Part shown: piece after piece, positions 38,301 through 51,000 of the stretch
How the letters are laid out: every line of letters starts with the position of its first letter
Numbering within the stretch: position 1 is the stretch's first letter
NCBI RefSeq assembly: GCF_964355755.1
Contig: NC_092670.1
Location: forward strand, 10,774,795-10,838,794
DNA from: Antedon mediterranea
Taxonomy: Eukaryota; Animalia; Echinodermata
Direction: 5' to 3'
DNA length: 64,000 nucleotides
Made by a program: the position numbers and the translations under genes
Notes under the pieces: model-generated
Seen by the model: the letters and a program-made list of their open reading frames with translations, nothing else
Database searches by the model: none
Told to the model about the DNA's origin: nothing

Positions 38301-41300
38301 CAAAATAGGGCCTAAAATTGTATCCCCATGTCGTACAAAATTTATATTTTTAGTTTTGTGAGTAATAACTAATAATTCTAAATATCTGGGGTGCGAAAAT
38401 GTTAATTGCAAATGCAAATGACACCAACCCCCACCCCGCCCCCACCCTAAAAAAAAAAAAAAAACAGCCATGGAAATTTATAATTTTTGAGCTGAAATAT
38501 GAGAGCTGCTCGATGGCCGGGATCTTTGCACTTAATTTAAAAAATAAAAGGATCTTATAGCCACCATAATTAGAAAATGGAAATTATAATTTAAAATAGG
38601 AAATAAAAAAAATTATTTTGAGTGTCTCCAGGACCTCAGCCCCACCACCATGGTTGATAAGAAAATTTGGAAAAATACAGCTACTCGATGGCCGGAAATG
38701 GCACTTAATTTGAAATATGAAATTAAAATATATAGACGTGTCTCCATGATCTTAGCCCACCATAGTTCGAAAATGGCAATTATAATTTAAAATAGGAAAT
38801 CAAAATATATATTAATTGTGTCTCCAGGACCTCATGGTTGGGGCTGAGGTAAGAAAATTTGAAAAAATAGAGCTGCTCAATGGCCGGAAATGGCACTTAA
38901 TTTCAAATATAAAATAAATTTATTAGTACCTCCAGGATCTTAGCCCATGATAGTTTTGAAAGTGCCAATTATAATTTAAAATAGGAAATAAAAATATATA
39001 TTAAGTGTTTCCAGGACCTCAGCCCCACCATGGTTGGGGCTGAGGTAAAACAAATTGGAATAATAGAGCTGCTAGATGGCCGGAAATTGCACTTAATTTT
39101 AAATAAAAATGTACAAGAGTCCCTAGGACCTCGCCCCATCATGGTCACTGAGAGGTGAAGAACATTTGGAAATATAGGGTTGCTACGACGATGCAATGGA
39201 ACATAATTTGAAATATGGAAAACAAAATCTCTGGAAGAAATTCTTTTTAAAATTAGAGCTTCTAGTTACCGGAAATTGCCATTTTAAGGGTTGGGGTAGG
39301 GGTGTGGCCGCTTATAATTATGAACTGAAAAAACAAAACCCCTTTCATAATGTGTTTTCGTTCAATTGTCTCTATATCTGGGGATCCAATAACCTGCATG
39401 GTCTCTGAAATAGAGCAACATAATTGGCCAATAGGTAGCCTCTTCGGATTTGTTGTGCTGCCTATATCGCACACACGGTAGTTTTCGAGCAGCCTTCCTA
39501 TCCGAAGAGCCGATTAAGTCCGAAACGAAAGGATGGAAGAACTACTATTGTACGGAAAACCCGAACAGATCTGTTTTGTACGATATGATATTGCGTAAGG
39601 TGATATGTATTAACAAAATATTTTATTTTTGTTCTGTGGTATATTATTTTTTTGGTTGTTCAAAAAACACAAAATTATGCCAGATTATGCTAAAAACGGC
39701 TAAATAATGCCGCGGCATTATGCCAGATGCCGTGGGCCTCCAAATAATTCCAAAAAGCATAATAATGCCAGAAATGGCAACTATGATCTCAGATGTAGGC
39801 TACCGCGAAACGTAGATTTGATAACATTAGTTTTCACATCGACGCTATTGTTCCACTTTTGTCTTTTACAACGACAAAATTTAGCGTTACCTATCGAAAT
39901 TTGTGGATATCACAGGGTTATTTTCACACACTCGCGCTGTTGTTCAACTGGCTTCCGGGTCCGTCACTTCCGGCAAAATGGCCGTTGGTGGCGCCATTCA
40001 ATATTAAATAAAAAAATATTTTAGTGGTTCAACGTATCGTGAACTACTGAAATTAATTTGTTTTAGATATTCAGCTAATTAAAGGCATTTACTTTTCGTG
40101 AACTACAATTTGTTTTAGTAATTTAACTTTTATTGAAGGCCTTTACTTTTATGTGAACTACAATGTGATTCAACTGAATCATGAACTTCAATTTTTGTTT
40201 TAGATATTCAAATATCAATTATAAAGGCCTTTACTTTACGTGAAATACAATTTGTTTTAGTAATTTAACTAATTATTTATGCTATTTATTAATCATTTTA
40301 TCAAATTTAGGTGCGATTCAATGTTACTATAGGAGGCCATGCCTACCAGGGAAACACCTTTACTGTTTATCGATTATTTCTGTTGCTTGCTCTATTTATA
40401 ATTATAAATGGTGTCTACTACGACCGAAATATAAGTAGGCTACGAAAGTTGTTATTTGATCATTTTGTTCCAAAATTAACAAGATGCTGTTGTCATGATA
40501 TATTGTGATACAAATGTTAAAGCCCCGCTCACTGTCACCCACGTTGATAAACTATGCTTTTGGTCTCTTGGTACGGTCACGTTAGAGACTGTTTCAGTTA
40601 TTGATGACCCCTATTAACGGTTTCCTGTGTGTAACGTTCAGATAATATATATAATAATATAATATGTATATTATATGTATACACTGTTCTTTACAATTAT
40701 ATTATTTGCATCTTACGGTCTTATGATTAATACCAATTGTTGTAATACCAATTGTTGTTTTTACATCATTACAGGGAGAATTAATGTAGGCCTACATTTT
40801 GTTTACAAATAAATACATCTATGAGTATCTTTTCCCCTTTACGTTCCTAACCACCGATTGCTGTCAAGTGTCCATACATCATTACTGACAGGGGACGTAA
40901 TCAATCATAATTGGTATACATTTCGCATTACCAAACTTATTTTCAGTACAGGTTCAAATCTCACACACATTCGGCGGAAGACCGAATATAATAATTAGCC
41001 TATATTGTTCTCTATTCGTACATTTTTTAACTCTAATTTGCTATATTACCCTGGAAGCGATATTTTTGGCGTACCTAATTTATGGACCACCATGAAACAT
41101 CACAAAATAAACATACATTACTCATCAGGCATATGCATAGGTGTCACCTGGGCTTCAATTTCCAGACACGTTGGTCATGTTTTGGAGGACCATTCGGGTA
41201 CACCTACTAGAGGGTGCACGAGCGAAGCGAGCGAACCCTCTAGTGATAATAATAATAATGATGATAATAATGATAATAATGATAATAACAACAACTAGAT

Positions 41301-41860
41301 TTGAACTCGTCACTATGGACGAGTTAGGTTATCCGCAGCGCAAAAGCCACGTACAAGTTATACGTTAGAATATTGAGCACAGAAAAACGATTTTGCCAAT
41401 GTGACCTGAAGAAATTAAAATGTTAGTGTGCCCTTTATTTTGTGTCACGTCTAAGACAATTAAAACAAATTAGACGCAAAGTCTAAATCTGACAAACTTT
41501 TTTATCGAAACATCCGTACATCTAATCAAAAAATTTGTAATTGATGTTTTGTTATGATATACTTATATTACTCACCTTTTCAATGTAACAAAATTCATAC
41601 GATTTGTTGTTTTCAATTGTTGCTTTTTCCATTTCCATTCGCTGCCAGCTGATTTGACACACACGATCTTTCTGGTTATAGTTGACCGACAAGCAATAAG
41701 ATTTGTCGGAACATTCCAGCAAACAATTTACACGGCTTATATTCTTCAACTCGTAACTCCAACCATCAAGAGCCTGGCCTCGTATAACTGTATAGAATGA
41801 ATTGCTCGAAAGAACACTGACGACAAAAGGCAGAAAAAAGACAACCAAAATAGTATACAT
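26352..41860 (-). CDS. Secreted PAN/Apple + fibrinogen-related domain protein (paralog 2), 310 aa, 4 exons
   Basis: Exons 41860-41576, 37955-37821, 37398-37137, 26602-26352; GT-AG, phases 0,0,1; 933 nt open. Signal peptide MYTILVVFFLPFVVSVLS; PAN motif CLLEC..CLSVNY..C; FReD motifs [61 protein letters not shown]..SNLNG. Confidence 0.92.
27291..28255. repeat. 50-bp tandem repeat, ~19 copies, intron 3 of paralog 2
   Basis: Unit ATGCCTACTACATTAATCATACACATACTGTTGCATTGACTGCCTCATAA; near-identical copies. Confidence 0.97.
29816..34423 (+). mobile_element. Near-full-length inactive CR1/L2-group (Crack-like) LINE: partial ORF1 plus APE-RT ORF2
   Basis: ORF1 remnant IERAHR..KPRHIIARF..DDLT (to 30191). 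Endonuclease motifs FHLNARS, FTET, GGGVAIY, SGDFNINL, TLIDNIF, SDHFPVF; RT motifs NYRPISLL, QYGFR, GVPQGSILGP. The (F/Y)ADD motif is deleted, there is a stop at 33628-33630, and a (TCTTGTA)n tail. Confidence 0.92.
30535..30853. mobile_element. Long-hairpin non-autonomous element (possibly Crypton-type) between ORF1 and ORF2
   Basis: Near-perfect inverted arms of ~75 bp (30689-30850) around the loop CTCGGCTTTGCCTCG. The family assignment is tentative. Confidence 0.6.
34899..36286 (+). mobile_element. Non-autonomous Helitron
   Basis: A|TCTATATATAAA 5' end; 3' hairpin ACTAGATGGT..CGAGCGAAGCGAGCG..ACCATCTAG|T; sits in an AT dinucleotide, no TSD. Confidence 0.7.
38050..41243 (+). mobile_element. 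Non-autonomous Helitron in intron 1 of paralog 2
   Basis: A|TCTATATATAAA 5' end; 3' hairpin ACTAGAGGGT..CGAGCGAAGCGAGCG..ACCCTCTAG|T; same termini as 34899-36286. Confidence 0.7.
38148..39785. mobile_element. Non-autonomous hAT element nested in the Helitron
   Basis: TIRs CAGCGTTGCCA / TGGCAACTATG; perfect 8-bp TSD ATCTCAGA (38140-38147, 39786-39793); subterminal ATGCCAGA motifs; about four internal ~185-bp repeats (38500-39240). Confidence 0.88.
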
Positions 41861-43709
41861 TGTGACGTTTTTAGAAATACGTAATAACCGTACCAATGAA
41901 ACCAATTTGCCTTCAAATGCATGTACGCTGTATTGTAGTAACAAGGAACTATATTTTCATCTAATATATATGATGTTCCATCTAAGTAGAGTTCTGTCTG
42001 CACCAATCAAATAGTAATAATATTACACGATTTACATAATAATAAGAGAAAATAACCAATAAGTGCGCCTGGTAAGTTATTACCAAAACAACCAGGCCCA
42101 ATCACAACGCAACAATTTGGTCAAAGGTTAAAAATTATTGCATTTATTCGATAATTATCTGATTTGAATGAGATAATTATCGGATAATTTTGTTTTATAG
42201 AATCGGTTTATCGGTTAATTTTTATTAAACTACTAAAAATCTGTAGGCTATTTTATGTATTGTGTTTGATAGTAATTTCTGCTAAAAATAGAAAATGGTC
42301 AAGAAACAAAAAATTAAGCCCCTTTGTAATTTAGACCAACAAATAGTCAAATTATTCAACCGTTTATTTTGTCTTTTTATAAGTGAAAACTGTATATAAT
42401 GTTTTTCTTTTTTATCTGACAAAGTGATTAACTTTTTTAAAACAACAAAATGGCCTCCCAAGTCTAATGTTATTAATCTTAATTTTGTATGTTCTTGGTG
42501 GCACAGTAAACCTATGTACTGACTAAATTACATTACTTCATGTTTAATACAGACATTTTGCATTCATTAATTGCATTCTTTAATACATGGATTAATAATT
42601 AGAAGTTTTTTTTTAATACAATTATTATTCTTTTGTATTTGTGGTGATTTTCCCATTAGGTTTAAGAACTGATGTAAAAATATGTTTCTTCTTGGCGACT
42701 TCAAACAATATGGTTTAAGACACATAGCGGATTGATTTACATGATATAAAAAGTAAGATCTGCTTGATTACCCTTATTAATAATTATTCTGATAAATTTT
42801 GAAACGTGAACAATCAAATTAATTACCATTTCATAAATGCCGACTCTTTCAATAACCCGAACGTAAATTAAAATCGGTGAGTGGTCAGATTTATTCATTT
42901 TTGTAGATATAATAATATCTGTATTTGTATAGGTTTTTTTTGGTTTATACGCATGTTACTATGTGACGACCATTTATTAATGTGATTTTCAGCAATTTGC
43001 ATTTTGCTATTATGGTTTCTAGACATGAGTTCTTAGAGAATAGTTGTGACATCTATATATTTAACTGGTAGGTCATAGTCTAAAGGCCAACGAGGCCTGA
43101 CAAATGTCCTCGTCGGGATTCAGCAGCACCATCGAGTCGAGTAGTCGGGATATAAAAAGGATCTGGCCTAACCAAGATCTTGTGAGTTGCCACCATTTGA
43201 GGAGAGGCATGATGTAAAGTGGGTACCCATTTTGGTCTGATGCAATCTGTCATAAATGCTTAAATCAACGTCCAGTTTCTAAGCTTCTCTATGATAGGTG
43301 TAAGATCATAGGCATTTCTATAGTCAATCAAGAGCATCATGAGTTTCTAAACCTTAAAAGAATTTAGTTACTACTTTTCCCCATTCTATCCATTTTACTC
43401 GAGCTCTAATTTGTGCTCCCTTTGCTTAAGATGTATATATTTGGTTTAATTCATCCATCTTGTTATTTAATAACTGTTCAGTCTTTTCGTCATAAGCACC
43501 GTCTTGCTTACTCCTTTAATCAATATGTTTTCTTCTCTTTATCTTTTTAGATTTTTTTATTTACTCCTTATTTGCATGAGAATTCTAATTTTTTAGTCTA
43601 ATTTTCAGGTATTCCCATAGACGATTTGGTTTCATTTTGTTTTTATTATAACAAAAAAAATTATCAATAGTATAATAAATTAAATAAAATCTAAAACATT
43701 ACACTAGAT

Positions 43710-43839
43710 CAGCATTCTGCAAACATTTTATTTCGCGGCCTAAAATCTGGTTCTCGGGGGCCAAACCTCGACCCATCTACCCAGCTGGACCAACGTAATT
43801 AATAGTCTGTCACTGCGGCCTATAGTTTGCGGAACGTCG
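43710..43839. mobile_element. 130-bp hAT-type MITE
   Basis: TIRs CAGCATTCTGCAAAC / GTTTGCGGAACGTCG; 8-bp TSD CACTAGAT (43702-43709, 43840-43847). Confidence 0.8.
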
Positions 43840-44924
43840 CACTAGATATCAACCGGTAATATAACCGTCTATATAGACCTATGTATTTTTACGTCTCGAT
43901 TTTTTTGACAATACTCTCCAAATATCATTGAGCTTGAATTTATTATTACATGTGATTACAAGTGATATCCTCTGTCAACGATTTAAATAATTTGATAGAG
44001 ACAAATTGTTTCTGCCATCCAACTAGCTCAAGAAGCAAATGCTTAAAGGAGCGCCTTAAATACCATAATTTTCGCAGTTTCTTTTTAGAATAAAATGGTT
44101 AATTACATCAAACAGATCAATAGTTAATTTCTCTATCAAATAATTATTTGATATATACACCAATATAGATGAGCTTTCATGCTAATATATGTTCAATAAA
44201 AGTAATATTATTGAGAAGACAGCATGAGCAGTTGAGTGACCTTTGCGAAATCCATATTGGTGATACTAAGAATATTTAACTTAGCTGTCAAATAATCATA
44301 AAGTTGGGAATGCATAATTTAGTAAAGTAAGGAAATTGGTCTATAATTTTTAGTGGTATAACTTCAATTCATTCAAATTTTCCAGAAGTTGTTGCGTAAT
44401 AGGCATGAGTTCCTAGGGACAACTTCACCAAGCGCGCCGGGTTGACATACTATTTCAATCTTTAATCGGGCCGGCATTAATGAGAGCAAAAAAAAATACC
44501 GGCCCAAGTACCACATTTAGTAAGAGAACTGTATGCCGGCAAAAATGGTTTTCATAATACTCGTTCACTGAGAATGCTGCAGATGTAATGATAGGAACGC
44601 CAACATAAAATCAATAGCACATAGATAATAACATAATTATCCACATCCTAAATATCGATTTAGGGATTATTATACTTCTTTTATGTATATACAGTAATTT
44701 TACAATTAAGTTGAAGTAAAGAAAAAAATTCAGACAGAAATAGTACTACTTACATCAGTACATTAGAACCATTATTAACGGGAGACCAATAATGTGTCCC
44801 TTTAATAGAGGTGTTCCAAAGCAGTGTTCTACTGTATATAACTAAGACATTTTTTGAGCAATATCTTTGCAATGATATTTAAATTGAAAATTCCTTCTTA
44901 TAGTTAATTTTTAACTTTTTTCAG

Positions 44925-44998
44925 GGAGAAGGAACACGATCTTGAAAGAAGATTTGAAATGCTAAATAGAGAGTTGCGTAATATGATGTCAATTGAAG
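44925..44998 (+). CDS. EHBP1: Isolated 74-nt internal exon encoding part of an EHBP1-like bMERB (Rab-binding) domain
   Basis: TTTTTTCAG acceptor and GTATCC donor; reads EKEHDLERRFEMLNRELRNMMSIE, closely resembling the recalled vertebrate EHBP1 segment EKEHDLERRYELLNRELRAMLAIE. Not in the ORF track; no other EHBP1 exon recognised. Confidence 0.8.
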
Positions 44999-45014
44999 GT
45001 ATCCAACAAATTCT

Positions 45015-45190
45015 CTTTCATTCATTTCAATCTTTCATTCAATCATTCATTCAATCTTTCATTCAATCTTTCATTTAATGTTTTATTCTATCTTTCATTC
45101 AATCATTCATTTAATGTTTCATTCAATGTTTCATTCAATCTTTCATTATCTTTCATTCAATCATTCTTTCAATCTTTCATTTAATGTTTC
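45015..45190. repeat. Low-complexity (TCATTCAATCTT)n repeat
   Basis: Degenerate 12-bp/TTCA repeats. Confidence 0.85.
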
Positions 45191-47888
45191 AATTGAATAG
45201 TACCAAAAATAGTATAATAATGGCAATGCTAACCCTATAAAGCTCTAGAGCTTGTTTCCATAAGGGGTCCCAACATAAAACAAACAGACATCAACAATTA
45301 TTTTTATTGCTTTAAGGTATGTTTTATTGATTTGATGAGAATTTTTTTAATATAAATAATATAATTTTTTAGATTTAGAATACCTTGTGTGTTGTAATTA
45401 TGATTGAATAAATTACACTTAACATTGAGATATGATGATGTTATTATATTGTGTAATTTATTTATTATATTGAGCCCGTAATTTGTGGAAATACAACACT
45501 ATTAACTTTGAGGCTTAACATGTGCATAAGGTTTATTTAAAAATTGTGAAAGTATTAACAATTCTATTAAGATTCAGTTACTGTAAAATAATAATAAGTG
45601 ACTAATACAGAAATTGAATCTAATAATAGCATATTTAAAGTACTAATTTGACTGTTGTATTGTAAAGACAATGTGTAAATTCCTTACATTTTCACCTTAA
45701 AATGGTTGACCGGTAAAATTATTAAAAAATAGAAGTTTAATTTCATATTGTTCTTTGTTCTTCATTGTTCTTTTAGGCTTGAAGCTGTTCATTGCGGGTG
45801 TCTTCCATTTTGTCCTAACCAGCTGGTTTATCCTGAAATATTTCCAAGTAAGTTATAATAAGTTCTCAACTTAATATATAATAATTTTAGTAGTCTATTT
45901 TGTTTCTTCATAAGTCAATTTGTGCTGTGTTTTGACAATTGTACGATCATGGAAAACCCTTTTTGTGTAAGTTTAACTTATGTCATTTGAAGTGTACAGT
46001 ATATCATTGATTTGTGTAGTTTATTCTATTTCCATGTGACAAAATGGCAGCACTTCAAAAGTAATTTAATATTCCAATATTCTCCTTTATTATATTATAT
46101 GGTGATGATATTGTTTAATAAATTTAAACAATGTTTGTTTACTTTTGTTAGCGTTACATGTTTAAAACACTTTTGTATCTCATTCCTTTATCATTTATTG
46201 TATTTGTATATATATTTTTTTTATTTTGGAATAAAATTGTTTATGATTGATTGATTGAAAATAATTTATTATTGTCCCACACCAAATTAACCCTTTTAAT
46301 CTCTTTTAGAAGAATGTTTATACAATACAGAACAGCAGTTATTTAAACATCTACGACGATTCTGCAGAACACCAAATAGTGTACGTAACTATGACAGAAG
46401 TACCTGTACACTGAATGAAATCACGGCAAAACGTAGCTGGACATCTATCAAGCAACAATATCTAACACTGCTTTCAAGTCAAGAATCATAATGGTGTATC
46501 ACAATTTTCAAGATACATAATTGGCTTGAATGGTAAATCATGATAATATTTATAATACAAATTTAGTTGAAATGCGCTGATACTGCGATATGAATGTAAA
46601 ACATACGTTATGTTCATATTATTGTATGATGCTTTGAAACCTAAGTTTTACCTAAATGTAAATTTGATTAAATTGAGCTATTCAACATTTTGATTACTTG
46701 AATTCTGCCATATAGCCAATAACTGCTCGACTAGGCAGAAAACCATGTTAAATGGCTTTAAAATAGCTCACATTTAAATTTCTAAATGCTCCAGCATGTC
46801 AGTGAATAACTTTTATATTAAGTGTGAGAGACGATGAGACGATTATTTACATGTGGAAAAATATCCAGTTGTCAAAGTGTTTGCAAATGGCTGGTTGGAG
46901 ATATAAATTTGTTTTACAAGGGTAACTCTGTACTAGAGCTACAGTGCAGATGACTTATAATATAATAGAGGCATTCTTAAAAACAATACAAAACTAAACA
47001 AAATGCCTACTACATTCAAACAAATTACAAGCAGATTCATAAAAGTTAAAATTCACACAAAAACAATTTAGAACAATTAAAACTCATCGAAATATAAAAC
47101 TTTAAAATATAAAAAAATATGAAATTCTTCATAAAAATAAAATTTTGCATAAATTTTGGTAAATTTTCAAACAATTAAAATGATGTTTCTGGTGTTCTCT
47201 TCATCACTGCCCTCTTGTAACTGTACTTTCTCTTGTTGCCTTATGCTGTTATTGGAGCATCTAGGTGCTAGGTCAAACCCATTTAGTTTGAAAATGTATA
47301 GCAAAGTAATGTTTTTTTACACTAATACATTCAAAACTTTAGATTAATATCTTAAATTTCGTAGTAGTTTATTTGCTCTTTAATGTTTATATACTTTCAC
47401 TTTACCTTGGAAAATACATAAACATAAGATTGAATTTAAAAACTTCAGAAAATATCCATTGAAAGTACTCCTAAAATTAGATTAAAAAATACTAATTATT
47501 ATTAATGAAAATATAGGAAATACTGATTTATAATTATATATCAATTTGATTTTATTAATTAAAAACAATAATAATAATTAATGTTACTATTATGCATGTA
47601 TTTAGTATAGTTTTAAATAATTAAATTAAATTTTTTTACTTGGTATAATATTTAAAAATGATTAATAATAAAACATTCATTGTTACTATTATAATTTAAA
47701 ATACAGAATAAAAAATTCCATAGAATAAATTTTAAACAAATCACAGTTGATATAACAATATATTTAATTGTTAATGTTATAACATTTGGATTATTATAAT
47801 AAAATAATTATTTAATGATAAGGCAAAATGATATTTAAAAGAAACAAAGAGGAATCTAAATTATTAAATAATTACAGATTCTGATTTG

Positions 47889-48019
47889 TTATGGTGCTCT
47901 TTTAACCATCATCACTGTTGTCTTAAAAGATCAAAATAGCGATCCCAGTTGATGCCATTGTAATCAACTGTACCTGGTGTAAGGTAAAGCCTGTTCAGGT
48001 TTGAATTATGACAACTCTC
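47889..48019 (-). pseudogene. Silent variant copy of the FReD C-terminal segment downstream of the paralog 3 stop
   Basis: Reads ESCHNSNLNRLYLTPGTVDYNGINWDRYF, then after a frameshift KTTVMMVKRAP*. Confidence 0.9.
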
Positions 48020-51000
48020 TTATGGGGCTCTTTTAACCATCATCACTGTCTTCTTGAGACTGTTGTAATTATTATGGAAATTCCACCAGCTGGTGCCTGT
48101 CAAACCCTCTGTACCTGGTGTAAGGTAAAGGCCATTCAGGTTTGAATGATGACAGCTATTGTACCACCAAGCACCTTTGTTATACTCAGCACAGTTAGTA
48201 CCGATCCCGCTACAACTTCTCTTATCATTGTCTCTATCATACGTTGAAAATTGTTGACCATTGTGGCGTGATGTCAAAGAATCACCTAAACAAACAAAAT
48301 TTTAAATTCATTTTTAAATATTTGTTTTTCTTTCTGTTACAAATAAAATAAAAGATATTTGATATAAAAGGGAAAATAAAACACAAATTTATAAATAGTA
48401 TTAATTTGTTTTTAATTTTTTGTTATTAACTATTCTTATATATCATATATTCTTTATTTTATTTTTGTTTTGTCAGAGTTACTATACTTTAAAAGCAATG
48501 CATTTTAATAATGAAGAAAGCCAAAGTTATATGATAAGTAAAAAGTGCGATTAATAAAGTACTACTCCTCCCTTATTCGTTGTAGTATTGAGCTGGGATT
48601 TGGCATGAATATACAAAGCCATAGAGCCGGATTTTAAATATCACTGGCTCCTTGTTTAGGGACCACTGACTAATCCTATTGAATTAGAACAGGTAATGAA
48701 TGCGTTCAACGTTGCAACATTTAGTAAGGAATTTAATCGTTATTTTTATCCATATGTTTTTTTTAAATAATAAAAAATATAATATAATGTACCACACAGT
48801 GATATATTTTCGACTAGTTAGCCGTTATTGAAGAGATAATAGTGAGTTTTGACAAAAAGTCTTGCCGCGTTGATCGGTGGGCTAGGCAAGGCCGAGCTAA
48901 TCGTAGTCGCTACTTTATTTTGATTTTCTTAAAATGAAGATTTCCTGAGCTATAAATAGTGACTCGTATGTTTTCATTAATGTGTTATTTTTTTTTTTTA
49001 CTATTTATACAAATTTATATATTATTTTTATCAATTATTGCAAAATCTTACTTTTCAGCCTTTTGGCTGCCGTTGTATTATTGATTTCTTTTTTATGAAT
49101 AAATATACATGAAGTGATTTAATAAACCAATTTTAATAAACAACGCCACATTTTAAAGCATACACATACACATACTGTTGCATTGACTGCCTCATAAATG
49201 CCTTCTACATTAATCATACACATACTGTTGCATTGACTGCCTCATAAATGCCTACTACATTAATCATACACATACTGTTGCATTGACTGCCTCATAAATT
49301 CCTACTAGATTAATCATACATATACTGTTGCATTGACTGCCTCATAAATGCCTACTACATTAATCATACACATACTGTTGCATTGACTGCCTCATAAATG
49401 CCTACTACATTAATCATACATATACTGTTGCATTAACTGCCTCATAAATGCCTACTACATTAATCATACACATACTGTTGCATTGACTGCCTCATAAATG
49501 CCTACTACATTAATCATACACATACTGTTGCATTGACTGCCTCATAAATGCCTACTACATTAATCATACATATACTGTTGCATTGACTGCCTCATAAATG
49601 CCTACTACATTAATCATACACATACTGTTGCATTGACTGCTTCATAAATGCCTACTACATTAATCATACACATACTGTTGCATTGACTGCCTCATAAATG
49701 CCTACTACATTAATCATACACATACTGTTGCATTGACTGCCTCATAAATGCCTACTACATTAATCATACATATACTGTTGCATTAACTGCCTCATAAATG
49801 CCTACTACATTAATCATACACATACTGTTGCATTGACTGCCTCATAAATGCCTACTACATTAATCATACACATACTGTTGCATTGACTGCCTCATAAATG
49901 CCTACTACATTAATCATACACATACTGTTGCATTGACTGCCTCATAAATGCCTACTACATTAATCATACACATACTGTTGCATTGACTGCCTCATAAATG
50001 CCTACTACATTAATCATACACATACTGTTGCATTGACTGCCTCATAAATGCCTACTACATTAATCATACACATACTGTTGCATTGACTGCCTCATAATTG
50101 CCTACTACATTAATCATACACATACTGTTGCATTGACTGCCTCATAAATGCCTACTACATTAATCATACACATACTGTTGCATTGACTGTCTCATAAATG
50201 CATACTACATTAATCATACACATACTGTTGCATTGACTGCCTCATAAATGCCTACTACATTAATCATACACATACTGTTGCATTGACTGCCTCATAATTG
50301 CCTACTACATTAATCATACACATACTGTTGCATTGACTGCCTCATAAATGCCTACTACATTAATCATACACATACTGTTGCATTGATTGCCTCATAATTG
50401 CCTACTACATTAATCATACACATACTGTTTCATTGACTGCCTCATGATTGCCTACTACATTAATCATACACATACTGTTGCATTGACTGCCTCATAATTG
50501 CCTACTACATTAATCATACACATGCTGTTGCATTGACTGCCTCATAATTGCCTACTACATTAATCATACACATACTGTTGCATTGACTGCCTCATAATTG
50601 CCTACTACATTAATCATACACATACTGTTGCATTAACTGCCTCATAAATGCCTACTACATTAATCATACACATACTGTTGCATTGACTGCCTCATAAATG
50701 CCTACTACATTAATCATACACATACTGTTGCATTGACTGCCTCATAAATGCCTACTACATTAATCATACATATACTGTTGCATTGACTGCCTCATAAATG
50801 CCTACTACATTAATCATACACATACTGTTGCATTGACTGCTTCATAAATGCCTACTACATTAATCATACACATACTGTTGCATTGACTGCCTCATAAATG
50901 CCTACTACATTAATCATACACATACTGTTGCATTGACTGCCTCATAAATGCCTACTACATTAATCATACATATACTGTTGCATTAACTGCCTCATAAATG

